The notes under the pieces are model-generated. The model was not told the DNA's origin, ran no database searches, and saw only the letters and a list, made by a program, of their open reading frames with translations. A DNA stretch of 14,225 nt from a virus (taxonomy: Duplodnaviria; Heunggongvirae; Uroviricota; Caudoviricetes): IMG/VR virus record IMGVR_UViG_2778261499_000007; one strand, 5' to 3'. A program made the translations under genes and the position numbers. Positions 1 through 6,797 of the stretch are shown piece after piece. Numbering within the stretch: position 1 is the stretch's first letter; the number at the start of each line of letters is the position of its first letter.

Positions 1-77
1 CCCCTCAGAGTGGATAGCTGCCAGTGTGGCGTAATTCAGGCCGCTATAGTGCTTTCCGTCATCCCAGCCAACCGCTA
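1..77. repeat. Terminal direct repeat, left copy (identical to 14149-14225)
   Basis: Base-by-base comparison: position 1 aligns with 14149 and position 77 with 14225; position 78 onward is unique. Confidence 0.9.
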
Positions 78-156
78 CACCTTCCATCTGTGAGAGCTCT
101 TTGTGCAGCTTATCCATCATGCGCTTGTCTATGGTGCAATGGACTTTCGGACTCAT
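1..156 (-). CDS. Hypothetical protein, N-terminal part (MSPKVHCTIDKRMMDKLHKELSQMEGVAVGWDDGKHYSGLNYATLAAIHSEG...); continues at 14148->13846 if the unit is circular
   Basis: ATG at 156-154 overlaps the TGA stop of the upstream gene (ATGA, 153-156), suggesting translational coupling. The frame stays open to position 1, and the residues encoded by 1-77 are the same as those encoded by 14149-14225. Confidence 0.5.
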   Translation of the reverse strand, partial: MSPKVHCTIDKRMMDKLHKELSQMEGVAVGWDDGKHYSGLNYATLAAIHSEG

Positions 157-956
157 TTGTTGATCTCCGTGATGTCATCGAGCAACATGTTGGCCTTATC
201 GATCATCGTTTCGTGGAACTCATTCGACACAACAGACTTATCACCTGCGGCAATCTTTCCAGCAGCCTCTCCCTGTGCATATTCCCCGCGATGCTTAGCC
301 CTGGTGGATTTCGTAGCAGCGTTGCCAGCGTTGCTACCCTCTTTAGCACTGTTAACAGCACCCTTTTGCTGTGTTTTGTTCACCTTCTTACTGTTAGTGA
401 AAACTCCGGCATTTTCGACCATCTTCACCTTGAAGGTGCGGAATTCTTCAAAAGTGCAATCAATAGTGATGCAGTCGCCAGAGGAAGAGCTACGCTTAAC
501 TTCACATTTCGTCATGATGAAGTTCTCAAGAAGTCCGGCATCTTCACTAACCAGGCTAACCAGCTGGCGCTTGTCTCTCATTTCCATAAGTGCCTGAACA
601 GCGGCAGCAGGGCGCATAGATTCACGGGGATTATCTGGATCAGTGTTCCGGTCGATGTAGTTCTCTTTCCGGATGATATGAGGGGAAGAGGTGATAATAC
701 CCGTAAAGCTGACAGATTTATCTTTAATGACGGCATGGTCTGACATGGTGGTGCCATCCTCGACCGCATAGCTCGATTTCTCGACAGGGAACGAATAGCT
801 GACATCAGAGATTGAGTCAAAGAAGATAGCCACGTTATCGGTATAGTTGAAGCCATCCATTATATTTTTGTTTTGTGAATATCCCCCACACATAACAGTG
901 AATGCAGGAGATCTCGACTCAGCTTGTTTTGCAGCTGTCAGAGCATCACTAGCCAT
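153..956 (-). CDS. Hypothetical protein, about 267 aa, Lys/Ala/Gly/Ser/Asn-rich C-terminal half; possibly virion-associated (function unknown)
   Basis: ORF-track ORF 153..1010 begins at a TTG; an internal ATG at 956-954 is preceded by GGAGG with about 10-nt spacing, so 956 is the likelier start. Protein-like composition; same strand as the capsid genes. Confidence 0.5.
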   Translation of the reverse strand: MASDALTAAKQAESRSPAFTVMCGGYSQNKNIMDGFNYTDNVAIFFDSISDVSYSFPVEKSSYAVEDGTTMSDHAVIKDKSVSFTGIITSSPHIIRKENYIDRNTDPDNPRESMRPAAAVQALMEMRDKRQLVSLVSEDAGLLENFIMTKCEVKRSSSSGDCITIDCTFEEFRTFKVKMVENAGVFTNSKKVNKTQQKGAVNSAKEGSNAGNAATKSTRAKHRGEYAQGEAAGKIAAGDKSVVSNEFHETMIDKANMLLDDITEINK

Positions 957-1150
957 ATTAAACATGCCTCCAAATTGGTCCACTTCATGGATTTGGCTAA
1001 ACTCGTGCAAGTAGCACTCATCCCGAGGGTGTTAAAGCCAAACCTGCAAAAGATGCAGGCAAAATAGAACTTATCGTTGCCCTGCTTAAAATCTGCAGAA
1101 AATACAGGGCAGTTATTCGTTAGAATCGCTTATAGCTCTTCCCGAGAGCG

Positions 1151-1402
1151 TTATTTTGCAAAACGATTATGGGCATTCAGGGCTTTTTTGCGGTCCTGGG
1201 CTTGTTTGCGTGCAATAAAATGTTCGAAAGTCTCGGCCCAGGTGCATTTATTATATTCACGGTATTTATGCATAGCCTGGCGGCTAACGTCATAGCAGGC
1301 GGCAAATGTGGAGATACGCAGGAATTCCGGCAGATCCTCGTCATCGATATGGATAATATCAAAAGGCACGTCATCACGGTCGCCGTATAAAACAATTTTC
1401 AT
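1151..1402 (-). CDS. Small DNA-binding protein (helix-turn-helix-like segment ISTFAACYDVSRQAMHKY), about 83 aa
   Basis: ORF-track ORF 1151..1411 begins at GTG; the ATG at 1402-1400 is preceded by GAGGTG with 6-nt spacing. The overlapping plus-strand ORFs look like shadows. Confidence 0.4.
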   Translation of the reverse strand: MKIVLYGDRDDVPFDIIHIDDEDLPEFLRISTFAACYDVSRQAMHKYREYNKCTWAETFEHFIARKQAQDRKKALNAHNRFAK

Positions 1403-1436
1403 AAAAGACACCTCAAAAACTTAAGACGGGGATTAT

Positions 1437-1476
1437 GAGTCCTTCCAGGACCTTAGCTAAAGCTAAGCCCTTTGGG
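1437..1476. repeat. Left arm of a 40-bp inverted repeat (partner 4297-4336); itself contains the palindrome CTTAGCT..AGCTAAG
   Basis: The reverse complement of 1437-1476 matches 4297-4336 at about 36 of 40 positions by eye. Confidence 0.7.
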
Positions 1477-1478
1477 TC

Positions 1479-1487
1479 TGTGGATAA
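1479..1487. promoter_or_regulatory. Perfect DnaA-box 9-mer (TGTGGATAA, reverse complement TTATCCACA)
   Basis: Exact match to the TTATCCACA consensus; a second perfect copy lies at 3256-3264. Significance uncertain for an isolated 9-mer. Confidence 0.25.
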
Positions 1488-1537
1488 TAAAAAAGGGAAG
1501 AGGGAAAGACCTATCCCCGATCTCTCACCTCTTCCCT
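1487..1537 (-). terminator. Putative intrinsic terminator downstream of the major capsid gene
   Basis: On the minus strand, GGGAAGAGG/CCTCTTCCC stem halves (1495-1503 and 1528-1536) are followed by a T-run (complement of the A-run at 1488-1494), directly after the capsid stop at 1544-1546. Confidence 0.45.
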
Positions 1538-1543
1538 TTGCTT

Positions 1544-2578
1544 TTATTTAGCCTTGGCAGCGGCGGCGGTGTTTTTAACACTCACTTTAACCACAACTTC
1601 AGGCATCATGTTCATGAAAGCATAAGAGGATTCAACGAAGATTTCGCGTTTGCCTCTGGACTCTTCCATATACATGAAAGCTTCACGTGCAGCGCCGTTT
1701 GCCAGCTTCAGGTTGCGAGCGCAAGGGCCGAAAAATTGAGTATAAACGCCCACCATATCGCCTAACGCATGCGGCTGGAACTGTGGGACTAGATAAGCAG
1801 TATTCTCTGGCAGACTATCCATTTGCACCACACGCAGGGCTAAGCCCGGAATGCGGAAGGTCGGGAAGCCCGGCAGAATATCCTCAGGGAACATCAGACC
1901 TTTATCGGTAATATTCTGATTGCCGAACAACAGCACTTTACGGAGCAGTTCATCAGTCTGAATTGCAGCAAAGAGCTCAGCACGGCAGAACAGGGTGAAA
2001 CCACGCAGAGCGCGAACGACACCACGCTGTTTAACCTTGCTCAGTGCAACCAGGTCCTGCAGCTGTTTAAGGATATCTTGAGCTAGATCCACTTCTGAAG
2101 TGGTTTGCTGTGCGCCCAGCAGTTCGCACACATTCAGTTCTTTACCCTTGGTGAGGATAATTTTGTTCTCAAAGAGAGCAAGCTGGCGTGCTTCTTCATG
2201 GGTCTGGCGTAAGCCTTCGCCCAGTTGAATAACACGACGAGCGGTTACAGACTCTAAATTCTCTTCGGAATCTTTGCCAGGAACGCGGATACCCTGCCAG
2301 TCAGAAGGATAAATAGCACTTGATGCGGCAGTGAACGCCATATCACCCGTGCCCGTTTCACGCTCATCTGCGGTAATGGTCGCCATCTGTTCACCGTAGC
2401 GCGGATACTGACCGAAAGCGGTTTGTTTCACCTGCCGAACTTTGTCATATTCAAATTTGAAGGTATTGCACAGAGCAGTAGTGTTGAAGATATCCATTGC
2501 TGAAATAATCTGATTATCCAGCGGGATGTCTTTAATCAGACCACACAGATCGCGAACTTCGAATTCTTTCTTAGCCAT
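1544..2578 (-). CDS. Major capsid protein, lambda gpE-like family (HK97-fold), about 344 aa
   Basis: Size and position match lambda E (341 aa), immediately downstream of a 111-aa D-like gene. C-terminal segment KREIFVESSYAFMNMMPEVVVKVSV resembles the lambda gpE C-terminus as recalled. ATG at 2578 is preceded by AGGAGG with 6-nt spacing; the track start at 2584 is a TTG. Confidence 0.65.
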   Translation of the reverse strand: MAKKEFEVRDLCGLIKDIPLDNQIISAMDIFNTTALCNTFKFEYDKVRQVKQTAFGQYPRYGEQMATITADERETGTGDMAFTAASSAIYPSDWQGIRVPGKDSEENLESVTARRVIQLGEGLRQTHEEARQLALFENKIILTKGKELNVCELLGAQQTTSEVDLAQDILKQLQDLVALSKVKQRGVVRALRGFTLFCRAELFAAIQTDELLRKVLLFGNQNITDKGLMFPEDILPGFPTFRIPGLALRVVQMDSLPENTAYLVPQFQPHALGDMVGVYTQFFGPCARNLKLANGAAREAFMYMEESRGKREIFVESSYAFMNMMPEVVVKVSVKNTAAAAKAK

Positions 2579-2589
2579 TTCCAACCTCC

Positions 2590-2925
2590 TTATTGTGCAA
2601 CACGCAAATCGCCATTGCTGGCAGCAATAACAGCGGCTAAGCCGTCTTTATCCACGTAGGCCGGATTGATATAACAGCCTTTGTTGGCAACAACGATAAA
2701 AGCATCACCAACCTCAGCACGTTCTACAACCAGCAGCGGAGTTTTATCGGTGTGCGTTTCTTTAACGAAGGTCTCAACCTCGCCAGCCTCAGTCACCACA
2801 ACAACAGTGCCAGCCGGAATCTCAGCTTTAACTTTGTTTTTAATTTCAACGTCGCGAATACTAAATTGCTCATCTGCGGCGTATGAAATGATGTGTCCGC
2901 GTGTGCGGATAGTCATATCTCTCAT
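2590..2925 (-). CDS. Head decoration protein (lambda gpD-like / DUF2190-like), 111 aa
   Basis: 111 aa, beta-rich with Val/Ala/Gly runs, directly upstream of the E-like capsid gene (stop at 2590-2592, capsid RBS 6 nt later). AGGTGA RBS before the ATG at 2925. Confidence 0.55.
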   Translation of the reverse strand: MRDMTIRTRGHIISYAADEQFSIRDVEIKNKVKAEIPAGTVVVVTEAGEVETFVKETHTDKTPLLVVERAEVGDAFIVVANKGCYINPAYVDKDGLAAVIAASNGDLRVAQ

Positions 2926-3255
2926 TTGATCACCTGCGATTTAAATTAACTCCCCTCAAAGAGTTCCGGTATAACCTCTCAAACCGCGACAGGCTCGGGC
3001 CGAAAAGTTATGCCGGAAATCTAAAGGGGGATTGATATAAGGAGAGGGAGATAGCCCCGCACCGTAGCCAAGCGGGGGCTATTCCACATGGGGAAACCGA
3101 CAACAGTCGGATGATAGTTCACAGTATGGGTTACGGTTACTAGAGAGCACTATCACGAAAGGCACTCCCCCGAATCAGTTCAGGCTGCGGTCACATCAGC
3201 GGGGAAATACCTTTCGGGATAGCTACCCACACAGAAAACCCGCAAAAGAAAACTG

Positions 3256-3264
3256 TGTGGATAA
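3256..3264. promoter_or_regulatory. Perfect DnaA-box 9-mer (TGTGGATAA)
   Basis: Exact consensus match within the 870-bp ORF-free leader upstream of the capsid operon. Confidence 0.25.
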
Positions 3265-3408
3265 CTAGCCCAATAGGAGAATTAATCGACCACTCAACGA
3301 TGATCAGGGTAGTGTTATTTATAGGGCGGCACCGCTACCTGGTCGCCTTTACTTTGGAGGAAAATATGGCAAATCAAGATCTTCTCAAATGATATTGATT
3401 CCATACTA

Positions 3409-3428
3409 TACTGTATATTATATCAGTA
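3409..3428. promoter_or_regulatory. LexA/SOS-box-like site (taCTGTatattataTCAGta)
   Basis: CTGT-N8-TCAG with an AT-only spacer; matches the E. coli SOS-box consensus CTGT-(AT)4-ACAG except the first base of the right half-site. Confidence 0.35.
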
Positions 3429-3775
3429 TTTACTCACATTGTCAACACCTTGATTATATAAATTCTAATAATTAGCGTAGTAACGGTATTTTCAGACCTC
3501 TATCAATCCCATCAATACGTCACCCCCACCCTTTAGATGCATACATCCGACCTACTTTGTAGGCTTGGCGTACTGCCAAGGTCGCAGCTATGCGACTCCT
3601 ATCTATCACCACTTTATAAAGCTTGATAGATATCTTTTGATCAATATCAATGTTTTCCGGGTATTTACCCGGCTATAGTTCGAATCAAGGAAGGGGAGCA
3701 TTGATAGAGACACCCAAAGGGGTGACTGAAAGTCACCTGGCATAGCCAGTGAAAGCACCCAACCGAACAAACAAA

Positions 3776-3790
3776 TCAACTTCTCGCAAA
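3776..3790 (+). promoter_or_regulatory. Conserved 15-nt motif TCAACTTCTCGCAAA, copy 1, immediately upstream of the RBS of the 3802 peptide
   Basis: Identical 15-mer at 4367-4381 and a near-identical copy (TCAACCTCTCGCGAG) at 13473-13487. Copies 1 and 2 sit at the same distance from an SD and ATG. Confidence 0.5.
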
Positions 3791-3801
3791 AGGTGATAGT
3801 T

Positions 3802-3924
3802 ATGGGTATCAAGAACAGTGCCAGCGCATGGCAAAAGGCCAGGTTTCATCACCCACACATTGTTAAGGCAATTGAGGTGGTTGGAGTTTTAGCCCTGATG
3901 TTAGCTCTGTGTGTGGAGGTGTGA
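3802..3924 (+). CDS. Small peptide, 40 aa, with hydrophobic C-terminal segment (MGIKNSASAWQKARFHHPHIVKAIEVVGVLALMLALCVEV)
   Basis: Below the ORF-track size cutoff; translated by hand. AGGTGA RBS with 5-nt spacing; predicted C-terminal transmembrane segment. Confidence 0.3.
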   Translation: MGIKNSASAWQKARFHHPHIVKAIEVVGVLALMLALCVEV

Positions 3925-3925
3925 G

Positions 3926-4006
3926 ATGGGCAAAGGAGGCAAAGCATTTTTAATAGGTCTGGCTATCCTGGATGTTCTACTAATCATGATTAAGCGGAGT
4001 TTATGA
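3926..4006 (+). CDS. Small hydrophobic peptide, 26 aa (MGKGGKAFLIGLAILDVLLIMIKRSL)
   Basis: Translated by hand. GGAGG at 3915-3919 with 6-nt spacing; ATG begins 1 nt after the preceding TGA; single predicted transmembrane helix. Confidence 0.25.
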   Translation: MGKGGKAFLIGLAILDVLLIMIKRSL

Positions 4007-4025
4007 ACAGCATTGAGAGGAGTTT

Positions 4026-4286
4026 ATGACGGGGGCTAAAGATATCAGGAGACTGAGGGAAGAGCTGATAGCTGAAATTAAAGCTAAGGCAAAGCAAATG
4101 GAGATAGCCGCACAAATGGATGTAGCGGAACAGATGTACAAGATGGTTGAGGAGGGAACGCCACGACAGGTTATCGCTAAAACCTTCGGTGTGGGGATCG
4201 CCACCGTGCACAGAAGGCTGAAAGCCTATGCCGACTACCACAATATCGAGAGAAAGGAGGATGGGAGATTTAAGAAGAATAAATAG
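4026..4286 (+). CDS. Small HTH DNA-binding protein (coiled-coil N-terminus, C-terminal HTH GTPRQVIAKTFGVGIATVHRRLK), 86 aa
   Basis: ORF track; GAGGAG RBS; clear helix-turn-helix pattern; the overlapping minus-strand ORFs are low-complexity shadows. Confidence 0.55.
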   Translation: MTGAKDIRRLREELIAEIKAKAKQMEIAAQMDVAEQMYKMVEEGTPRQVIAKTFGVGIATVHRRLKAYADYHNIERKEDGRFKKNK

Positions 4287-4296
4287 TAGGAACAGG

Positions 4297-4336
4297 CCCG
4301 AAGGGCTTAGCTTTAGCTAAGGTCCTATCAGGACTC
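4297..4336. repeat. Right arm of the 40-bp inverted repeat (partner 1437-1476); hairpin-forming
   Basis: CCCGAAGGGCTTAGCTTTAGCTAAGGTCCT... is the reverse complement of 1437-1476 with about 4 mismatches; lies between the HTH gene stop and the next gene. Confidence 0.7.
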
Positions 4337-4366
4337 CCACACAGTCCAACAGGTTATTAACTAAAT

Positions 4367-4381
4367 TCAACTTCTCGCAAA
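4367..4381 (+). promoter_or_regulatory. Conserved 15-nt motif TCAACTTCTCGCAAA, copy 2, immediately upstream of the RBS of the 4393 gene
   Basis: Exact repeat of 3776-3790, at the same spacing to SD and ATG. Confidence 0.5.
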
Positions 4382-4392
4382 GGGGTACCACT

Positions 4393-5103
4393 ATGTTTAA
4401 AGGTCTTGTTGTTACGCTATTGGCTTGCATTGTATTTGGTCCATGGGTGTTAGTAATTGCTTTACCTATATTGCTGATCATGAGCTTAGGGAATGATATT
4501 AAAAAGCTGCATGCACAATATAAGGAGCATCCTGGAGCAGTCATAACAAGTCTGGTTATAGTCGCGGGGCTTATTGGCTGGGTCTACTTCTCTCTTCCCA
4601 CAGGAAATACAACTGCAAATGTAGAAGAGGCGAACGCACAGCATGAAGAAGTGGTTAACGTCGCCGACCTTACATGGGAGGACAGGGTAAAAGCATATAA
4701 ATATATTTATGGTGTGCTAGATTGCGATCTCTCTAAAGATATAGGATGCACAGATAAATACCAGATTCACGCCTGGCTGTGGAATCATGCAGAAAAAGGT
4801 GCTTGCAACCAGATTAAAGTGGCGGTTAACAGTGGGGCACCTACTGGGAAAAATAAAGATGTTCTGACGGTATGGTGCAAGGATGTAAAAGGCAATGATC
4901 GTTGGCTACAGATGCGCCACATGGACGGTGTAAGCATAGAAACTACACGAACGGCTCGATGGTATAACGGTGAACTCGTTCACGAAGCATGGCAGAATAA
5001 CGCCTGGATCACTGAGGGAACACTCCTGAATGTTGATATGGAAGCATTGAAGATGCTTAATGAGATGTACGGTGAAGCCGTAGAAACCTCTCCGATGAAA
5101 TAA
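4393..5103 (+). CDS. Membrane protein, 236 aa: N-terminal transmembrane helices and a Cys-containing C-terminal domain; function unknown
   Basis: ORF track; two long hydrophobic segments in the first 70 aa; several Cys in the C-terminal domain; followed by a strong terminator. Confidence 0.55.
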   Translation: MFKGLVVTLLACIVFGPWVLVIALPILLIMSLGNDIKKLHAQYKEHPGAVITSLVIVAGLIGWVYFSLPTGNTTANVEEANAQHEEVVNVADLTWEDRVKAYKYIYGVLDCDLSKDIGCTDKYQIHAWLWNHAEKGACNQIKVAVNSGAPTGKNKDVLTVWCKDVKGNDRWLQMRHMDGVSIETTRTARWYNGELVHEAWQNNAWITEGTLLNVDMEALKMLNEMYGEAVETSPMK

Positions 5104-5113
5104 CCACACCTAC

Positions 5114-5143
5114 CAGGGGCCATCACGGCCCCTTTTTATTTAT
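5114..5143 (+). terminator. Rho-independent terminator (AGGGGCC-atcac-GGCCCCT followed by TTTTATTTAT)
   Basis: Perfect 7-bp GC-rich stem, 5-nt loop and T-rich tail starting 11 nt after the stop of the 4393..5103 gene. Confidence 0.7.
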
Positions 5144-5200
5144 CCCCTATTTACACTCCTTTCAGTCCTGATCATCACTCCCTACCCCCTGATCAATTAA

Positions 5201-5250
5201 CCCCTATTTAAGGGGTATTTAATGGGTATTTAATGCCTATTTATTGATTT
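5201..5250. repeat. Phased tandem repeats of TATTTAA at about 11-bp period (4 to 5 copies), plus a second CCCCTATTTA copy at 5144-5153
   Basis: cccctatttaa / ggggtatttaat / gggtatttaat / gcctatttatt / gatttaat; periodicity of about one helical turn. Confidence 0.6.
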
Positions 5251-6486
5251 AATCCGTTTTATGCCACAACCGCCCGGTTGACAGAGTAAGAGAGAGGGTG
5301 TAACCCTTTTTCGTAATACTAATAAAATCAATAGCTTAGCTCAATTGGCCTTTTCTCTGTTTTTGTCAAATTTAACATACCCTAAAAAACTGCAAAATCT
5401 GGCTGCAAGATTATCTGCAGCTGGATTTCTTACACCTCAATTTGTGGTATCACCCTGACTAGTTTGTGCATAAAATGAACAGTTTTTAACATTTCCTCTT
5501 CACCTGGTAACCACACAAAAAGCTAAAAACGAGGCACAGATAATCTTAGAGGCCTGTTTTCTTGTTATCACTCTGGAAACGTCGTAGAAGTGATTTTGAT
5601 GAAAGATGACCTACCCTATTACACCCCCATTTTTTGTTATCACAATTGCATCCTGTGCGGTGTATGGCTGTGTGCTGAAAGCGGTCTTGGGTGTGGGTGT
5701 CAGAAATATCCATTAGCGGTATTAATACCCGTCAGATGTTCGTCTGAGGTGCCAGGCAGGCGCTCCCCCACCTCCCTTTTTTCTTCTAACAATTCTCAAA
5801 TATCACACCACTGCCGACCACGTTACTACTCTGTTAATTCTTAAGCTTTGCTGTATGTTGTGCACATTATTTATTCAGGTGCGTGTACGTAAATTCTGGG
5901 CCTCCTTATCATGATTTTTAAATCAGATTTTGTAGTTCGGTTTCTTAGTGTAGATAAGATCTATTATGTTAAATGCAATTTTCCCAACCCTTCAAATCAA
6001 TGACTTACATGTAAGCATGCACTAACACCCCACACAGCACATTAGACGTATAGATGGCTATATCCCACATTTTTGATTGTTTTGTAGTCATTCCCCTGAT
6101 CATTTAACCAGTATAGTTTGTTCTTTGCAGACCACAAAATCGGAATTTACATCTGATTAACATAATCTGTTAGCATGATCACTATTACCCACACAACAAT
6201 AACCCCATGCAAGACTCTTCAGGCAATTTATCGGCGTGTTGGTGTGAACAGTCTTTCATGTTCTTTATGTTTTCATTGTCCTGTGTGAGGGAAGGATGGA
6301 CTGCCCCAGGGGCCACACTTATGATGCCCGGTCAACATAGCTATTGATAAAATCAACGGGTGTTGATCTGCATATTTCCCACACATGAGAGGAAATCAGA
6401 GCAAAGAGAGAGGAGAGAGGTTTGCTAGTCAAAATAGGTCAATTGACGGCTAATACAGAGTAAAAAATCAGATGCAATCACTCCCC

Positions 6487-6669
6487 ACCTGTTGGGATTT
6501 CCCGCACCTGTATAAGAATACAGTCATACTTTCCCGTTATACGGTCATACACATGATGGAATAACCTGTTGGAATTTCCTACAGGTTTAACCATACACAG
6601 GAGCTAACCTGTTGGAATTTCCTACTACTACCTGTCGGTATTTCCCACAGGTACCTGTTGGAATTTCCC
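6487..6669. repeat. Iteron array (5 copies of ACCTGTTGGAATTTCCY at 6487, 6564, 6607, 6630, 6653), candidate replication origin
   Basis: Near-identical 17-mers; the last three are spaced 23 bp apart; ACCTGT/ACAGGT inverted half-sites; followed by an AT-rich tract (6670-6710) and, 1.3 kb downstream, Rep-like genes. Confidence 0.7.
6508..6523. promoter_or_regulatory. Canonical SOS-box pattern CTGT-N8-ACAG (CTGTATAAGAATACAG) inside the iteron region
   Basis: Exact CTGT and ACAG half-sites with an 8-nt A/T-rich spacer. May partly reflect the iteron ACCTGT/ACAGGT half-sites. Confidence 0.35.
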
Positions 6670-6797
6670 ACACTAATAGATAAAGAGAATAGATCAATAA
6701 AAAGAACTCCCCCTATAATCCCCCAACAAGGGGGGATGGGGAGGGATCAGAGAGTGGGGAAGGTTTTCTAAGGGAAAAGCTTAACCCACAAATGAAA

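Noticed and set aside
24-743. Plus-strand ORFs 24..743 and 103..597 at the window start
   Set aside because: They lie antisense to the minus-strand genes 1-156 and 153-956, have low-complexity Ser/Leu/Cys-rich translations and no convincing RBS; treated as shadow ORFs.
1077-1395. ORFs 1077..1295 (+), 1169..1390 (+) and 1177..1395 (-) overlapping the 1151..1402 gene
   Set aside because: Alternative frames of the same locus. The minus-strand frame chosen has a GAGGTG RBS and an HTH-like, charged composition; the others are hydrophobic or Cys-rich with no RBS.
1472-2929. Plus-strand ORFs 1472..1765, 1687..1911 and 2681..2929 inside the capsid and decoration genes
   Set aside because: Antisense to well-supported minus-strand genes; compositions atypical; no RBS.
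3324-3347. cos-like GC-rich motif GGGCGGCACCGCTACCTGGTCGCC
   Set aside because: Only the GGGCGGC heptamer matches lambda cosN (GGGCGGCGACCT) and the twofold symmetry is imperfect; insufficient to call a cohesive-end site without helper-phage comparison.
3366-3392. 8-codon micro-ORF (MANQDLLK) with a GGAGG RBS
   Set aside because: Too short to support as a gene from sequence alone; could be a leader peptide but nothing corroborates it.
3640-3690. Possible tRNA (GTTCGAATC T-loop-like string near 3677)
   Set aside because: No acceptor stem or anticodon arm can be built around it; the adjacent hairpin CCGGG-N6-CCCGG does not enclose the T-loop motif.
3606-3812. Minus-strand ORF 3606..3812
   Set aside because: Overlaps the motif, RBS and start of the plus-strand 3802 peptide; hydrophobic low-complexity translation; no RBS.
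3990-4241. Minus-strand ORFs 3990..4241 and 4001..4204
   Set aside because: Antisense shadows of the HTH gene 4026..4286; repetitive Ser/Ile/Cys composition.
4317-5109. Minus-strand ORFs 4317..4544 and 4906..5109
   Set aside because: Antisense to the 4393..5103 membrane-protein gene, which has the RBS, the conserved leader motif and a downstream terminator.
5590-5844. Plus-strand ORF 5590..5844 (84 aa, Cys-rich)
   Set aside because: GTG start with no SD; Cys/Ser/Pro-rich translation looks like random sequence; lies in the structured non-coding region. A terminator-like hairpin at about 5739-5775 may instead mark an RNA 3' end.
6487-6669. CRISPR array
   Set aside because: The repeats are 17-mers with irregular 23/43/77-bp spacing and partial palindromy, typical of iterons, not 28-37-bp CRISPR repeats with unique spacers.
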